From Malacoraja senta (Eukaryota), in the NCBI GenBank assembly GCA_038087875.1, contig JAXLNO010000461.1, forward strand, positions 1 to 64,000: a DNA stretch of 64,000 nucleotides, written 5' to 3'. Under the pieces are notes generated by a model that did no database searches, was not told the DNA's origin, and saw only the letters and a list, made by a program, of their open reading frames with translations. Position numbers and translations under genes: made by a program. Each line of letters opens with the position of its first letter. Position 1 is the stretch's first letter. Positions 61,831 to 64,000 of this stretch are shown in pieces.

Positions 61831-64000
61831 GCGTCCTGTAATTTTGTCGCTTTTAGTGTCATGAATTTAAATCACCTTTGGCATTTTTAATTTTCGTCGC
61901 CTTTCGTGTCCTGAATTTTCGTCACTTTTCGCATGCTGAATTTTTGTCTCTTTTCGCATGCTGAATTTTCGTCGCTTTTTGTGTACTGAAATTTTGGCGC
62001 TTTTCGTGTGCTGAAATTTCGGCGCTTTTCACATTCTGAAATTGCGTCACTTTTCATGTCCTGAATTTTGGTCGCTTTTCATGTCCTGAAGGTTCGTCAC
62101 TTTTTGTGTGCTGAAACTTTGTCACTTTTCGTGTCCTGAAATTTTGTCGTTTCATGAGTCCTGAACTTTTGTCGCATTTCATATCCTGAATTTCAACGCG
62201 TTTGGCGTTTTTAATTTTTGTCGCCTTTCGCGTGCTGAATTTTCGTCGTTATTCGCGTGCTGAAATTCAGTTGCATTTCACGTCCTGAACCGCCTTTCGC
62301 ATCCTGAAGGTTCATCGCTTTTCACATCCTGAAGGTTCGTCGCTTTTTGTGTGCTGAATTTTTGTCACTTTTCACATGCTGAATTTTCGTCGCTTTTCCT
62401 GTGCTGAAATTTTGTCACTTTATGCATCCTGAAATTTCATCGCTTTTCGCGTCCTGAATTTATGTCACTTTTGGCATTTTGAATTTTTGTCGCCTTTCGC
62501 GTCCTGAATTTTCATGGTTTTCGCTTGCTGAATTTTCGTCGCTTTTCGCGTCCTGAAAGTTCGTCACTTTTCACCTACTGAATTTTCATCGCTTTTCGCA
62601 GGTAGAATTTTCGTCACTTTTCGCGTGCTGAAATTTCGTCGCTTTTCGCGTGCTGAATTTTTGTCACTTTTCACATGCTGAATTTTCGTCGCTTTTTGTG
62701 TGCGGAAACTTCAGCGCTTTTCATGTGCTGAAATTTCGTCGAATTTAAGTCGCTTTAGGCATTTTGAATTTTCATCACCTTTCGTCTCTTGATGGTTCGT
62801 CACTTTTCGCGTGCTGCATTTTCGTCGCTCTTCACATCCTGAAATTTCGTCGCATTATGTGTCCTGAAATTTTGTCGCTTTTATTCCCCTGAATTTACGT
62901 CACTTTTCGTGTGCTTCATTTTCGTTGCTTTTCGTGTGCTTCATTTTCATCACTTTTCGTGTCCTCATTACTTTTCGCATGCAGAATTTGTGTCGCTTTT
63001 CACGACCTGAATTTATGTCGCTTTTGGCATTTTGAATTTTCGTCGCCTTTCGCCTCCTGATGCTTCATTTTCATCACTTTTCGCGTCCTGGTTTGTCGCT
63101 TTTCGCATGCTGAATTTTTGTCACCTTTCGCGTGCTGAATTTTCGTTGCTTTAGTCGTCCTGAAATGTTGTCACTTTATGCGTCCTGGTTTCGTTGCTTT
63201 TCGCGTCCTAAAATTTCATCGCTTTTTCGTCCTGAAATTTCGTCCCTTTTTGCATCCTGAATTTTCGTCGCTTTTTGCGTGCTGAATTTTTGTCGCTTTT
63301 TGCGTGCTGAATTTTTGTCGCTTTTTGAATGTTGAATTTTCCTCGCTTTTCTCGTGCTGAAATTTTGTCACTTTTCCTGTGCTGAAATTTCATCACGTAT
63401 CGCGTGCTGAAATTTCGTCGCTTTATGCGTCCTGAAATTTGGTTGATTTTCTCGTCCTGAATTTTCGTCACTTGTCGTGTGCTGAATTTTCTTCACTTTC
63501 GCCTGCTGAACTTTCGTCACTTTTCGCTTGCTGAATCTTCATCGCTTTTTGCGTGCTGAAATTTCGGCGCTTTTCCTGTGCAGAAAGTTCGTTGATTTTC
63601 ATGTGCTGAAATTTCGTCGCTTTTCGCGTCCTGAATTTTCATCGCCTTTCTCATCCTGAAATTTCGTCACTTTATGCGTCCTGAAATTTCGTCGCTTTTT
63701 GCATCCTGAATTTACATTGCTTTTGGCGTTTTGTATTTTCATCTCTTTTCATGTGCTGAAATTTCGTCGCATTTCACGTCGTGAAATTTCATCGCTTTTA
63801 TGAGTCCTGCAGTTTCGTCGCTTTTCTCGTCCTGAAATTTTGTCGCTTTACGCATCCTAAAATTTCATCGCTTTATGCATCCTGAATTTACATTGCTTTT
63901 GGAGTTTTGAATTTCCGTCGCCTTTCACATCCTGAATTTTTGTCGCCTGTTGCGTCCTGAATTTTCGTCACTTTTCATGTGCTGAATTTTCGTTGCTTTC
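61831..64000. repeat. 25-bp satellite B, array 2, running off the window end
   Basis: More than 2 kb of diverged GAATTTTCGTCGCTTTTCGCGT(G/C)CT units. Confidence 0.95.

Larger units (their letters stand above)
52886..62570 (+). repeat. ~5.2-kb tandem segmental duplication (copy 1 ~52886-58125, copy 2 ~58126-62570)
   Basis: Near-identical ORF pairs (53250/58514, 53516/58780, 54662/60225) and the same order of Penelope, satellite A, SINE, RTE, CTAG-rich, C-rich and satellite B segments. Confidence 0.93.

Noticed and set aside
53784..64000. CRISPR-like or coding repeat, including ORF 63208-63471
   Set aside because: Head-to-tail 25-bp satellite without spacers; the ORF is a chance product.

Overview
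Repeat-dense eukaryotic DNA with no recognisable host protein-coding gene. The repeat mix (V-SINE/HE1-like tRNA SINEs, CR1, Rex1/Babar, Neptune-type Penelope) points to a cartilaginous fish, probably a skate or ray; this is inferred from repeat content only. Main contents: (1) a 5'-truncated Penelope-like element whose RT + GIY-YIG frame is open from 45740 to 48547, with a minimal hammerhead ribozyme in its 3' pseudo-LTR and many dispersed ribozyme-bearing fragments; (2) a structurally complete DIRS element (24752-29372) with near-perfect termini and ICR but decayed ORFs, inserted at an AATAG core in a CR1 tail; (3) a 1.46-kb Gypsy-derived LTR element with tRNA-Leu PBS, PPT, 5-bp TSD and an inverted gag-pro fragment; (4) an unclassified ~1-kb DNA element with TAG...CTA ends and a 7-bp TSD, plus Harbinger-type MITEs; (5) many nested CR1, Rex1, RTE, L1 and SINE fragments; (6) a ~5.2-kb tandem duplication with two related 25-bp satellites, one running off the window end. 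All calls were read by eye without searches, and boundaries of old fragments are approximate. I found no wholly new biological system; the findings are unusual variants of known element classes.
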